A stretch of DNA of 63,202 bases, counting the filler, from Octopus bimaculoides (taxonomy: Eukaryota): assembly GCF_001194135.2 (NCBI RefSeq). It is 6 parts of 6 records of this genome, joined end to end, with 100 filler letters (N's around TTAATTAATTAA, not from the genome) between each part and the next. Parts side by side here need not be neighbours in the genome. Positions count along the whole stretch, not along the records: positions 1 to 31,048 come from NC_069010.1; 5 more parts are not named here. The stretch is one strand, 5' to 3'. The notes beneath the pieces are model-generated. The model was not told the DNA's origin. It made no database searches and was given only the letters and a program-made list of their open reading frames with translations. Made by a program: the position numbers and the translations under genes. Position 1 is the stretch's first letter. Every line of letters begins with the position of its first letter. Below are positions 1 to 12,345 of the stretch, one piece after another.

Positions 1-6
1 TATATA

Positions 7-42
<36 letters not shown>

Positions 43-94
43 TTATGATGTTGATTTTGTTTGCATTTAGACTTATGGTAGAATTTGAAGGTGT

Positions 95-608
95 GATAGA
101 ACCTATGACAACATGTAAAAAGGCTTCGTGTTGTATATTTAGTAATTGAAAGTGAATTATGCATTATTATTTGGAAGGCTTCTTTTAGGCATAGTCAACA
201 AGTGAATCATTAGCCTTGGTATGGGGTCCCGGAATCTATTATGGCTCAGGATATCCTATATGGTACATTTGTATTCATTAGGTGATATATGGTTGCTAGG
301 GAGGTATATTTGCCATACTCCTCATAGTTAAATGATTTTATATGCACCAAATATCTCTGTTTAAAATTAATATAAGACTCGATATAGTAATACGTAGAAT
401 TATGCAATATGTTGTAGACCGTGCATTTGTATACTACGTTAAACTTTCTGCAGTGGGCTTGCAACGGGCATTCGGTTGCGGATCGGAGGTTGCGGCTTTC
501 TGGCCTACAAGTGTTATTTGTGGAAAGGGAAGATGCAATACTACTTATGGAGAAATTAAATTAAGGATGTTATTAGGGAATTGGGTCGTATCATTATTAC
601 TGTTCTCA

Positions 609-688
<80 letters not shown>

Positions 689-1030
689 ATTAGTCGTAGT
701 AATGGTGTTATCATTATTAATAATATTAGTAGTAGTAGTATTGGTAGTGGTTATATTCGAGTTATTAATATTAATATTAGTGGCGATGCTATTATTATCG
801 ACATTCACCTCAGCTACATTTCGGTCTTCATAAGAAGCGGGGATGTTTGTAGCATGGTTAATTCTGGTTGTAGTGCTAGGGTTGAAGGTGTGGTGTATGC
901 CATCAATATCGTCATTAGTGTTTTCGTGGCTTTGACTTATTGTTATATATATTTAGGAAGTGGGAATTAAGTTTACATTTATTGGAAGAGGTAACAATAG
1001 ATTTTATATTGGGCGGAGAGGATCCGTCCG
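95..1030 (-). mobile_element. Penelope-like element relic: linker + GIY-YIG-type endonuclease
   Basis: SPPNIKSIVTSSNK, an Asn/Thr-rich microsatellite linker, then CPLQAHCRKFNVVYKCTV..YYYIESYINFKQRYLVHIKSF..TSL.. and ..PY..C.LCLKE..CCHR with stops. Confidence 0.75.
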
Positions 1031-1039
1031 TGTTTGAGT

Positions 1040-1255
1040 AAACATCTCAGGGATTGTTCGTGCCTTATATTAATTAATGTTTGTTCTGATGTAAACGTTT
1101 AGGAAAAGATCCTCTACGCATAGATTGCATCTATTTTTCCCTATTTGGTAAGGCTTAGCAGCACTGATTCGTTCCCAATTGATAGAATAGCTATTGTTTT
1201 TGTCTTTAATAGACCAAATAATGTGAGAAGGAAATGAATCTTAAGATGATGAATA
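1040..1255 (-). mobile_element. Penelope-like element endonuclease C-terminal fragment (upstream partial copy)
   Basis: IWSIKDKNNSYSINWERISAAKPYQIGKNRCNLCVED..LINIRHEQSLRC. Confidence 0.7.
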
Positions 1256-2039
1256 AGATTATAGAAGAGGAAATTGCGAAGAAGCAAAAAGAGTGAAAGA
1301 AAAGAAATAGAGAAGAAAATATTGGAGAAATATAACAACGAAAATCAGAATGAGGAATGGAAGGAGAAGAAAATGAATAAAAATATAATTAGTATAATCA
1401 CACAAACAAAGAGAAACAAACATATATATGTAAATATACACATCCACTTGTACACACAATATCAAACATTGATATAGATAAGCGCACACTCACATTCACG
1501 TACATACATGCACACACTTTCACACACATTCACATACAAAATGCATGAGACAATATGAATAAAGATGAAGAGGGAAGAAAATAAAGATGGGAAGACATTA
1601 AATATTTAGAAATAATCTTGGATAATGTTCCTGATCTTTTTACCATGGAGACATTTGTGACATGCACGAGCGTTGATAAATGCATTTCATGATGACTATT
1701 ATTTATGATAATGATGGTGATGATGATGATGATGATGATGATGATCAACATCATCATCATTATCATCATTGTCATCATTATCGTCGTCGTCGTCGTCATC
1801 ATCATCATCATCATCATCAATAATAGTTATCATAAAATGTAGAAAAAGAAGAACAACAAAACGACAACAAAAACAACAGCAACAACAATAACAGCAACGA
1901 AGGAGTCGATGATGAAGAAAAGATAAAATAAGCAAGAAAACCGCCAAGAAGGACATGCGAAACAATAACAAGACAACTGAGAATGAGGATAGATAGGATA
2001 ATAAAAACATATATATAATTATCACAGATACAAACGTAC

Positions 2040-2165
2040 GTGAGACACACCAAACGTTGTCTTGTGGACAACTGGCTACACTAACACCCTTCTTGAAGAA
2101 ATTGAAACGGAATATGCATCCATCACACTGGACAGTTTCACCAAATTGCCCCTAACTGTATTTCA
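2040..2165 (-). pseudogene. LRRCT-like exon copy 1 (+1 frameshift)
   Basis: tacag acceptor, GTACGT donor, 126 nt. The phase-2 frame gives EIQLGAIW*; the shifted frame gives GQFGETVQCDGCIFRFNFFKKGVSVASCPQDNVWCVS (4 Cys, LRRCT-like). Confidence 0.45.
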
Positions 2166-2503
2166 CTGTATAAATAGAAAATGACTTCCAATTTCAGAAT
2201 GAATATATTTCTATTGGTTTTTTTTAAGTGAGTATAAATTTTTCAAACGAACTCTGCATAAATATATATTTCATAATATACTCACATATTGACACAAAGA
2301 TACATAATTATGCATTCACACACAAAATGTCAGACATTGATGCAGACACGTACAAACATCGTAGAAATCTTCATACATATTCTTGAATATTTTATAGGAG
2401 AATATAGGTTAGAGATACATGCAGACAAATAAAGATGAGAGGTTACTAAATTTCTAGAAAAATTTCGTGAATGAAAATAGTATCAAAAACTTAACTAACT
2501 TAC

Positions 2504-2575
2504 AATATCTCTAAATGTGGAAGATTTTGAAAGGTTCCTTGTGAGATGGTCTTGATCTGATTACCATGAAGATCT
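2504..2575 (-). CDS. 72-nt LRR exon (cassette 1)
   Basis: ttcag|exon|gtaag, phase 2-2; encodes DLHGNQIKTISQGTFQNLPHLEI(L/F). Confidence 0.88.
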
Positions 2576-2867
2576 CTGAAACATAAAACACAGTTCAAAA
2601 GAAAGACTGTAAAAATGGCAGGGACGACGATGAAGAGGAGGCTGGCGATGTTGATGGTAAATGTTGTAATAATGACGGTGAAGAAGAAGAGGATGAGAAT
2701 GATGATGATTATTATCGGAAACAACAAGAAAAGCTACCGATGAATTGATGATGACAACGTTGATTATTATGATGTTCATAACGAAGGTGATGATGATTCT
2801 GCATGCTAGAAATAGCAGAGTAAAGATGTTATTAGGGGACTGGGTCGTATCATTATTGCTGTTGTCC

Positions 2868-2909
<42 letters not shown>

Positions 2910-3010
2910 NNNNNNNNNNNNNNNNNNNNNNNNNNNNNNNNNNNNNNNNNNNNNNNNNNNNNNNNNNNNNNNNNNNNNNNNNNNNNNNNNNNNNNNNNNN
3001 NNNNNNNNNC

Positions 3011-4691
3011 TGAGTGACAAATTTCATCCAGGAATCAAGAAATCAGATACACTTGGCAGTCTATGTTGTCCATTCCAACTACTCAGAGTGCTACTATCTA
3101 AGGTTTCTATTACACAATGTCAAGGGACCCACATCATTTACGGCCTTACGAACGGTTGGTAACACTATGTCAAACATATCGCCAGGCTTGCCATCTCAGA
3201 GGTCTTCTGGAAGATGATGCACACTGGGATGCCACTCTGACAGAGGCACAAATGTGCAAGTCTCCTACGCAGCTGAGAAACCTCTTCTCCATCATGCTGG
3301 TGAACTGTGGATTGTCAAATCCAAATCAACTTTGGGACAAATACAAGGAGGGGCTTTCTGAAGACATTCTTCAAAGAATTCAATATCAGTGTGACGGTGA
3401 TGTCACTTTCAATGATGACATCTTCAATGAGACATTAAGATTAATAGACGACAAGGTTCAATTACTAGGTGGAAACAAATTTGAAATCTATGGTCTTCCA
3501 GCTCCTCCTGTCACAGATGTTCAACACAGGTTAGCACAAAAGCTAATCAGGGAAACATCGTACAACATGGAAAGTTTGCAAGCAGTTGTCAATGAAAAGG
3601 AACCAAGTCTGGTACAGGATCAAAAGGAGGTATACTGGCAAGTTCTTACATCTCTGGACAATAACACTGGTGGGGTTTTCTTCTTAGATGCTCCTGGAAA
3701 CACAGGAAAGACATTATTGATCGACCTGCTCCTTGCCAAGGTGAGACAGAAGAAGATTGCTCTGGCTGTTGCATCCTCTGGAACCAGAGGAACCAGGGCG
3801 GATGAGCTGAGAGCTTGCATCAAGTCCTCATATATCTGGCAACATGTCAAGCAGCTTACTCTGACAACCAACATGAGGGTTCACATTCATGGTGACCTGT
3901 TAGCCGCACAGTTCTCCAACAAGTTACTTGACATTGGAAATGGAAAACTTCCACAAGATCCAGAAGATAATCTGCATCATCTCCCATGTAGCAATATGAC
4001 TGCCTCCCTTGAAGAACTAAAGAGCAAGCTGTTTCCAAACATTGCCACAAACTACAAAAGTCACAAGTGGCTATGTGAAAGAACAATTCTGGCACCAAGG
4101 AATGATTCTGTAGACAAGCTGAATTTAAATTTGTTAACTCAGCTACCAGGACTTGAATGTTCATACAGATCAATTAACTCTATCCCTGATCAAGAACAGG
4201 CAACGCATTACCCAGTGGAGTTCCTCAATTCACTTCAGCCACCAGGATTTCCACCACACATTCTGATCGTGAAAATAGGTGCTCCCATAATGCTATTAAG
4301 AAACCTTGATGCACCTAGACTCTGCAATGGAACAAGGTTGGTTGTTAAACACCCATGCCCCATGTGTTGGAAGCAACAATAATTACAGGCAACATGATGG
4401 GTGAGAATGTCTTCATTCCAAGGATACCTCTCATTTCAAATGATCTCCCCTTTCAGTTCAAGAGACTGCAGTTTCCGGTCAAACTTACCTTTGCAATGTC
4501 TATCAACAAAGCACAAGGTTGAAGGAGGTTAAGTCCCACCACCTTTAGAGATCTAAAGGTGGTGGGACTTAACCTCCTTCAACCTTGCTTCTCACATGGT
4601 CAGCTGTATGTTGGATGTTCTAGAGTTGGAGATGAAAAGAACCTCTACATTCTCAGTGATAAACATGGCAAGACAGAAAACATAGTATATG
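3011..4691 (+). mobile_element. Helitron Pif1-like helicase region, internally deleted and frameshifted
   Basis: YYLRFLLHNVKGPTSF, FFLDAPGNTGKT (Walker A), VASSG, LAPRN, LLRNL..LCNGTRL, FSHGQLYVGCSRV, NIVY. Confidence 0.95.
4514..4587. repeat. Perfect 36-bp inverted repeat with 2-nt spacer
   Basis: 4514-4549 is the exact reverse complement of 4552-4587. Confidence 0.98.
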
Positions 4692-5619
4692 NNNNNNNNN
4701 NNNNNNNNNNNNNNNNNNNNNNNNNNNNNNNNNNNNNNNNNNNNNNNNNNNNNNNNNNNNNNNNNNNNNNNNNNNNNNNNNNNNNNNNNNNNNNNNNNNN
4801 NNNNNNNNNNNNNNNNNNNNNNNNNNNNNNNNNNNNNNNNNNNNNNNNNNNNNNNNNNNNNNNNNNNNNNNNNNNNNNNNNNNNNNNNNNNNNNNNNNNN
4901 NNNNNNNNNNNNNNNNNNNNNNNNNNNNNNNNNNNNNNNNNNNNNNNNNNNNNNNNNNNNNNNNNNNNNNNNNNNNNNNNNNNNNNNNNNNNNNNNNNNN
5001 NNNNNNNNNNNNNNNNNNNNNNNNNNNNNNNNNNNNNNNNNNNNNNNNNNNNNNNNNNNNNNNNNNNNNNNNNNNNNNNNNNNNNNNNNNNNNNNNNNNN
5101 NNNNNNNNNNNNNNNNNNNNNNNNNNNNNNNNNNNNNNNNNNNNNNNNNNNNNNNNNNNNNNNNNNNNNNNNNNNNNNNNNNNNNNNNNNNNNNNNNNNN
5201 NNNNNNNNNNNNNNNNNNNNNNNNNNNNNNNNNNNNNNNNNNNNNNNNNNNNNNNNNNNNNNNNNNNNNNNNNNNNNNNNNNNNNNNNNNNNNNNNNNNN
5301 NNNNNNNNNNNNNNNNNNNNNNNNNNNNNNNNNNNNNNNNNNNNNNNNNNNNNNNNNNNNNNNNNNNNNNNNNNNNNNNNNNNNNNNNNNNNNNNNNNNN
5401 NNNTAATAAATTTACAGCATTGAACCTAATATTCCTCTAATTATTAGACTTTATGGTGTGGCTGCCCCTCCTCTTCTACACATCATGCTCATGACCAAAT
5501 CAGTGAATGGTTGCTGAAATCTATGCTGAAAGCAGATTGGGATCAGGCAATACTTCTGCTTATTCCTGTCTGAAGTATCGTCCGATGAATTTACTTTGTT
5601 GACATGTCGACAAAATTTT

Positions 5620-5751
5620 TATACCTTTCAACCTTTCAATCATGTCCGCCTTTCTTCCAGTAACATACTGTCCATATAATCTTAAATATTTCTTTAACTC
5701 AGGCACAATAAGTATTTCGATAGCTGAATCATCGAATCGCTTTATATCCAT
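5620..5751 (-). other. SAP-domain-like coding fragment, probably TE-derived
   Basis: LIVPELKKYLRLYGQYVTGRKADMIERLKG fits the SAP pattern L.V.ELK..L...G...G.K..LI.RL. Confidence 0.55.
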
Positions 5752-5971
5752 GATAAGACGTAAAACAATAACAATAGCGTAGATAGTCTGCGGAAGTTTA
5801 ATTGTCTACATGGAGCGCCGCCTAGCCAAGGGAGATAACCTACTTATAGGAAAGCCCTATATATCTTCATACACTCTTATATGTAGACTATTTTGTCTTA
5901 TAACATTTTCTACGCATGCGAACAACTGGTAAAAACTTATTTTAATAATGTTTTACCTCCATACTTAAGTA

Positions 5972-6034
<63 letters not shown>

Positions 6035-6051
6035 TGCGTGCGTGCGTGTGT

Positions 6052-6870
6052 GCGGTGAATAAACTGTCGTCTAAATTACGCAAAGATAGAAATAACACTG
6101 ACATCTCATTTTAACAGATATATTTACCAAAATTACAGAAAAATATCTTGAAATACTTAAGAGTAACTTTATTCACTAAAATCGCCATTGGCTTCAACCA
6201 CAACTCCACACGACTTCGGAGTCTCCTTCAACTATTCTGGATGGTCTCCTTGTTTACGTTGGCGAATGCTGCCATAACCTTTGCCTTCAGTCCATCGTTG
6301 GTGTTACAAGGAGTTTTGTTGGTCTCTAGCTCAACTGCGCCCCACATATAATAATCAAGAGGGTCGCAGACTGTGGAGCGAGGTGGCCAGATGTTAGGAA
6401 TTATGTGGTCGCAGAAATTGTCTGACAGCCATGACTTGGTCCTCTGCTCGTGTGGCATGGTGCAGAGTCCTGTTGCCAGACATAGGGTCTTGCAGCAGAC
6501 ACCCTCTGGACTCAAGGCAGCACTACCTCCTCCAGGAAGTTGATGTAGGCCTCCGTGTTGAATCTGAGGCTGTGTGGAAGATGAATGAAAACATAACGTC
6601 GCTATCACTAATGATGACTCCAAACACCATGGTTCTGATTCGATATTTGATTTTTATCACGCTCGGTACATGTCCTCAGATTGCTCTTTTCTCAGATCGA
6701 TACCCAAACACTCTGAAAAGTTTTTATTATACATCCGGCGCGAATGCCTGCAGCAGAGCGTGTCATTTCCGAATTTCTGGAAAGTGAATTGTGATATGGT
6801 GCTGTTTTTCTCACAAACGGTTCCCAACTGACCCTACTATGCTGTGTAGTCTACAAAATCAAAAATAAAC
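6052..6870 (-). mobile_element. Tc1/mariner-superfamily (maT-like) transposon 3' part
   Basis: IWPPRSTVCDPLDYYMWGAVELETNKTPCNT..LKAKV; paralog at 59865-60645. Confidence 0.85.
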
Positions 6871-6918
6871 AATGTGCATGATATAACGACAATTTACCCA
6901 TCACACCTGTATATATAT

Positions 6919-7831
6919 ATTGGGCATTCCATAAATAATTCTGTTTTTCAATTGCATAGACTAAAATCGGTGGGGGACGGGTTAAACTACCTGCATCAAC
7001 TTGCTATAAATGCAGGTAGTAAATTTACGCTATCTTTATTCTTAGTGAAAGTTTTCAAGAATGTAGTCGATATTAACAGTTATATTTTCGAAGCAATAAT
7101 GGAAGTGACAAAGAAGCATATATGCCATATTTTGCTTTATGAGTTCAATAAAGGCAACATCACAATGAAAAGTGCGATGAATATTAATGCAGTATATGGG
7201 GATCGGACAACAAGCGTAAGCCATTGTCAACGGTTATTCCAGAAATTCTGAGCCGGAAACTACAGCCTAGAAGACGAGCCTCGTCCTGGAAGATCTGTAG
7301 AGCTCGTGAGGACGTCCTGTAAACCCTGGTGTAACAAAATCCCACCGTAACCGTTGAGGAACAGCAGAGAAGCTTGGATTTGGTCATTCAACCATTCATT
7401 GACATCTGTGCTAGAGGTAAAACGACCATCTTTGTTTTCAAGACGAAAGATGTTCTTCCATCAGGATAATGCTCGGCTACATGCAGCGAGAGAGACATTC
7501 CAAAGGCTGGAGCAGTTTGAATAGGAAATGATGTCCCATCCACTATATTCACCAGACATTGCCCCATCTGATTATCATTTATTCTGCAGTCTTCAAAATC
7601 ATTAGGACGGAAAAAATATGAATTTTTTAGACGATGTCGGAACAATACTGGACGTGTGTTTTTCGTACGGAAAAGTTAATTTTCGAAAAGGGTCTTTGAA
7701 AGTCTACCAGATAGATGGAAGAACATTGTAGAACATGAAGGAGAGAATACTTCAGAGAAAAAAAGAAATTTTTATCATTTTGAAAAATAAAAGAAGTATA
7801 AAAAACACATTGTTTATGGGATGACCCAATA
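6919..7831 (+). mobile_element. Internally deleted mariner element with both TIRs
   Basis: Imperfect TIRs TATTGGG..CCATAAA at about 6919 and 7801-7831; transposase MEVTKKHICHILLYEFNKG..EDEPRPGRS, HQDNAR, HPLYSPDIAPSDYHLF. Confidence 0.92.
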
Positions 7832-9241
7832 TATATATACATACATATATGCATAACGCACACACATATATGCTTGTCTTTCTGCATGCATGAATGTATG
7901 TATAAATGCAAACGTATGTGGTTATCTATGCTTGTTTAACCCTGAAAGGCTCTGAAACTGTGCTCCTCGAACAAATGGAATTTCATTTTCGAAATCTGAA
8001 TCCCAAATTATAGGTTGTCCATAAATAATCCTTTCTATTATAGGCACAAGGCATAACATTTTGGGGAACGGGACTAGTTAATTTTATCGGTCGCTGTATT
8101 TCACTAGTACTTAATTTATCAACAATTTCTGTGATTCTTTTTCCGTCGTGTGCAGGAATTTTTGCTTGTAACAGCGTTTTTTGGAATCCGGTGTATTTAT
8201 GTTTTTTCTTTCTTTGAACGGATCTGATATTTGATTCGTTAAAGTACTGTGATGTGTTATTTTTCTGGTGGTCAAGATTGTCGTTCTGCCTGATTAGCTT
8301 TCCTATGGGGAACGGTCATCAGTCATTCCAGTTGGTTGATTCTCTTCAAGGGTTATTTTGTTGTATTTGCTGAAGTTCGATTTTGATCGGAGATAAAATT
8401 TCATTGGTCTGGAGTTAGGTGACGTCAGCAACTGGTGTTTGTATGGTTTTATTGTATGGCGATTCGGAGTTGCTATTTCGCAACCCGCGTGGAAGACTGT
8501 TACTAAAATTTATTGAATTGTGATTGTTATATCTCGTTTCTCCTTTTTTGTGGAGAAATTGATTCTTTTTCCCTTCTTATCTTTAATGTTTAAACATAGA
8601 TGAATAAGAGGGAATGAATTAAACGACATTTTTTAATTCCGTAACACTAAGATTGGCACTGCATGCTGTCGCGACCATTGAACATTGTTCAGATGATGTA
8701 ATTAATATATTGCGCAACATTTACCATCTATCGTAGGTGTAAAATACGCTTTTCACGTGAGTATTTCAATAAGTCCTACGTTAGATTATACTATCATTTA
8801 ACAGACACATATTCCACCTTTAATGAATTGTAGTGTTGACATACGATGTTAACTATGTCATCTCATCGATGAATTACAGGTAGGAGGTGTAGATACAATA
8901 GCAGTGATATGGAATAGAGAATGTCATTGAAACCATTCTCTTATTCCTCATCAGCTATGTATGTATGTATGTATGTATGTATGTATGTGTGTATGTATGT
9001 ATGTACCTATCTTTTCTCTTTTTCTTGTTTCAGTCAGTACACACAGTGTTGCAGCGGATTAATCATCTTGTAGTATTTACCTCTACGAATCGACTCCACT
9101 AGCTGTTTTTTGGAAGCCTGGTACTTATCCTGTCGGCCTTATGCCAAACTGCTAATTGTCAGGAATTAAAAGCAACAACATAGGTTGTGAAGAATTAGTG
9201 AGTGCAAACACAGAGACTAAGATACACACACACGCACACAT

Positions 9242-9460
9242 GTGCATATCATAAAAGATAATGGTATTAATTTTAGCCTTAAATGGGAAATTATAAGAAA
9301 AGCTCAACCTTATAGAAATAATAGATATGGATGTAAATTGTGTTCTATGGAAATATATGAAATTTTAAAACTTAGGAACAATCCTAATCTAATCAATAAT
9401 AGATTAGACCTTAGGGTATCATGTGTGCACTGCTCTACTCGCACTTTTAAATTTTTTTAA
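9242..9460 (+). mobile_element. Penelope-like element endonuclease C-terminus
   Basis: FSLKWEIIRKAQPY..CKLCSMEIYEIL..LINNR..SCVH, the same tail type as 1040-1255. Confidence 0.75.
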
Positions 9461-10748
9461 AATAGGGCTTTTATTAAGTAACTAAAGTTATCAAATTATA
9501 GTACTTTACTTCTATTATGGTCATCTAGGACTATCAATTAGCANNNNNNNNNNNNNNNNNNNNNNNNNNNNNNNNNNNNNNNNNNNNNNNNNNNNNNNNN
9601 NNNNNNNNNNNNNNNNNNNNNNNNNNNNNNNNNNNNNNNNNNNNNNNNNNNNNNNNNNNNNNNNNNNNNNNNNNNNNNNNNNNNNNNNNNNNNNNNNNNN
9701 NNNNNNNNNNNNNNNNNNNNNNNNNNNNNNNNNNNNNNNNNNNNNNNNNNNNNNNNNNNNNNNNNNNNNNNNNNNNNNNNNNNNNNNNNNNNNNNNNNNN
9801 NNNNNNNNNNNNNNNNNNNNNNNNNNNNNNNNNNNNNNNNNNNNNNNNNNNNNNNNNNNNNNNNNNNNNNNNNNNNNNNNNNNNNNNNNNNNNNNNNNNN
9901 NNNNNNNNNNNNNNNNNNNNNNNNNNNNNNNNNNNNNNNNNNNNNNNNNNNNNNNNNNNNNNNNNNNNNNNNNNNNNNNNNNNNNNNNNNNNNNNNNNNN
10001 NNNNNNNNNNNNNNNNNNNNNNNNNNNNNNNNNNNNNNNNNNNNNNNNNNNNNNNNNNNNNNNNNNNNNNNNNNNNNNNNNNNNNNNNNNNNNNNNNNNN
10101 NNNNNNNNNNNNNNNNNNNNNNNNNNNNNNNNNNNNNNNNNNNNNNNNNNNNNNNNNNNNNNNNNNNNNNNNNNNNNNNNNNNNNNNNNNNNNNNNNNNN
10201 NNNNNNNNNNNNNNNNNNNNNNNNNNNNNNNNNNNNNNNNNNNNNNNNNNNNNNNNNNNNNNNNNNNNNNNNNNNNNNNNNTACACCTTCCCTCTCTTTA
10301 GAAGTAATTGTCCCTTTGCTATCACCACTAGATAAGAAACAATAAAATCTGAGACAGTTAAAACTTTTTGTCTAGAATCAATTACTAGCCTGATAGACTC
10401 GGCTATGTCAAGATGGACTTATGTATTCTTCCTCACATTTGGATTTTTATGTATTCTCTCTCCCACTTGGATTTGAAATGTTGCCACATTTATAATATGT
10501 CTTTTCTACAGTAATTTTCTGCATTTTCGTGCAGCTGAAGATTGCTCTTCATATTGCATTTAAGGTAATGCTCGCATTACTTAAATAAATTGAAGTAGCA
10601 TGAAACGTGCGTACTGCAATCACCTTTGAAATCCGTGTTGCTTATTTACATAAATATATAAATACACAAATACAAGTAGATATATGTATATGAGATAGAC
10701 GTATGCAAGTATACATATCTATGAGTGTATATATATGTATATATATAC

Positions 10749-11300
10749 AGCGGTGATAGCTGGTAGTGACCTTCATGAGGCAGCCTGCTGAGTGACATCG
10801 CTATGTATACTTCGCAAGACGGGAAGGGACAAAGTGAAAATTTCCGTTAAAATTGGGAAGTCTGCTACAAGGAGATTGAGCATATTTTGGCAAGCTTATG
10901 GTGACGAGACAGTGGAGCGTACGTAATGTTTCGAGTGCACGGGCACACGAAAAAATCACAGCTTAATCAAGAGCATGTTCATCATTTTTTTCCGACATCC
11001 TCGGTATTGTGCATTGAGAGCTTTTTAGGGAGGACGTTCGGGGAAAATGACCAGATCTATTATTCGCGAAGTATTGAATGTTTCACAACAATACCCCTAT
11101 TACCTGACTCATGAGTTTCTTGCCAAAAACAACCTGCTATCGATTCCGCATCTGCCCTATTCGTCAGATTTACCACCTGCTGACATGCCTCTATTCCCCA
11201 AGATGAAAAAGCAACTCAGAGATCGAGATCAAGAGCGAATTTAACACCGTTTTCGAGATCAACAGGTCCTCGACTCGCTTATGGAAAACTACGCCTAGGC
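10749..11300 (+). mobile_element. Mariner transposase fragments
   Basis: EFLAKNNLLSIPHLPYSSDLPPADMPLFPKMKKQLR (HPPYSPDLAP-like). Confidence 0.8.
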
Positions 11301-12215
11301 TGGATTCNNNNNNNNNNNNNNNNNNNNNNNNNNNNNNNNNNNNNNNNNNNNNNNNNNNNNNNNNNNNNNNNNNNNNNNNNNNNNNNNNNNNNNNNNNNNN
11401 NNNNNNNNNNNNNNNNNNNNNNNNNNNNNNNNNNNNNNNNNNNNNNNNNNNNNNNNNNNNNNNNNNNNNNNNNNNNNNNNNNNNNNNNNNNNNNNNNNNN
11501 NNNNNNNNNNNNNNNNNNNNNNNNNNNNNNNNNNNNNNNNNNNNNNNNNNNNNNNNNNNNNNNNNNNNNNNNNNNNNNNNNNNNNNNNNNNNNNNNNNNN
11601 NNNNNNNNNNNNNNNNNNNNNNNNNNNNNNNNNNNNNNNNNNNNNNNNNNNNNNNNNNNNNNNNNNNNNNNNNNNNNNNNNNNNNNNNNNNNNNNNNNNN
11701 NNNNNNNNNNNNNNNNNNNNNNNNNNNNNNNNNNNNNNNNNNNNNNNNNNNNNNNNNNNNNNNNNNNNNNNNNNNNNNNNNNNNNNNNNNNNNNNNNNNN
11801 NNNNNNNNNNNNNNNNNNNNNNNNNNNNNNNNNNNNNNNNNNNNNNNNNNNNNNNNNNNNNNNNNNNNNNNNNNNNNNNNNNNNNNNNNNNNNNNNNNNN
11901 NNNNNNNNNNNNNNNNNNNNNNNNNNNNNNNNNNNNNNNNNNNNNNNNNNNNNNNNNNNNNNNNNNNNNNNNNNNNNNNNNNNNNNNNNNNNNNNNNNNA
12001 AGAAGAAGAAGAAGAAGAAGAAGAAGAAGAAGAAGAAGAAGAAGAAGAAGAAGAAGAAGAAGAAGAAGAAGAAGAAGAAGAAGAAGAAGAAGAAAACAGA
12101 CACAAGATGGACAAGCAAAACAATAACAAGCCAATTGGGAATGAGGATAGAAATGATAAGAAAAATATATCAACGTAAATAATATCATCACACATACGCA
12201 CAGACACAAACGTAC

Positions 12216-12345
12216 GAGGGAGACATCAAACGTTGTCTTATGTTGTGGACGACTGACTACACTAACATCCTTCCTAAAGAAATTGAAACGGCATATGCAG
12301 CCATCACACTGGACAGTTTCACCAAATTGACCTAGCTGTAGCTCA
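12216..12345 (-). pseudogene. LRRCT-like exon copy 2 (5-nt insertion relative to copy 1)
   Basis: tacag acceptor, GTACGT donor, 130 nt; ELQLGQFGETVQCDGCICRFNFFRKDVSVVSRPQHKTTFDVSL. An AACAT insertion shifts the frame before the NVWCVS motif seen in copy 1. Confidence 0.45.

Larger units (their letters stand above)
1940..2813 (-). repeat. Duplicated LRR cassette, copy 1
   Basis: Colinear similarity to 12085-13168, including introns. Confidence 0.85.

Noticed and set aside
8925-8960. Minus-strand CTGATGAG motif shared with about 18020-18050
   Set aside because: No GAAA after the putative stem II; just a repeat end preceding (TATG)n.
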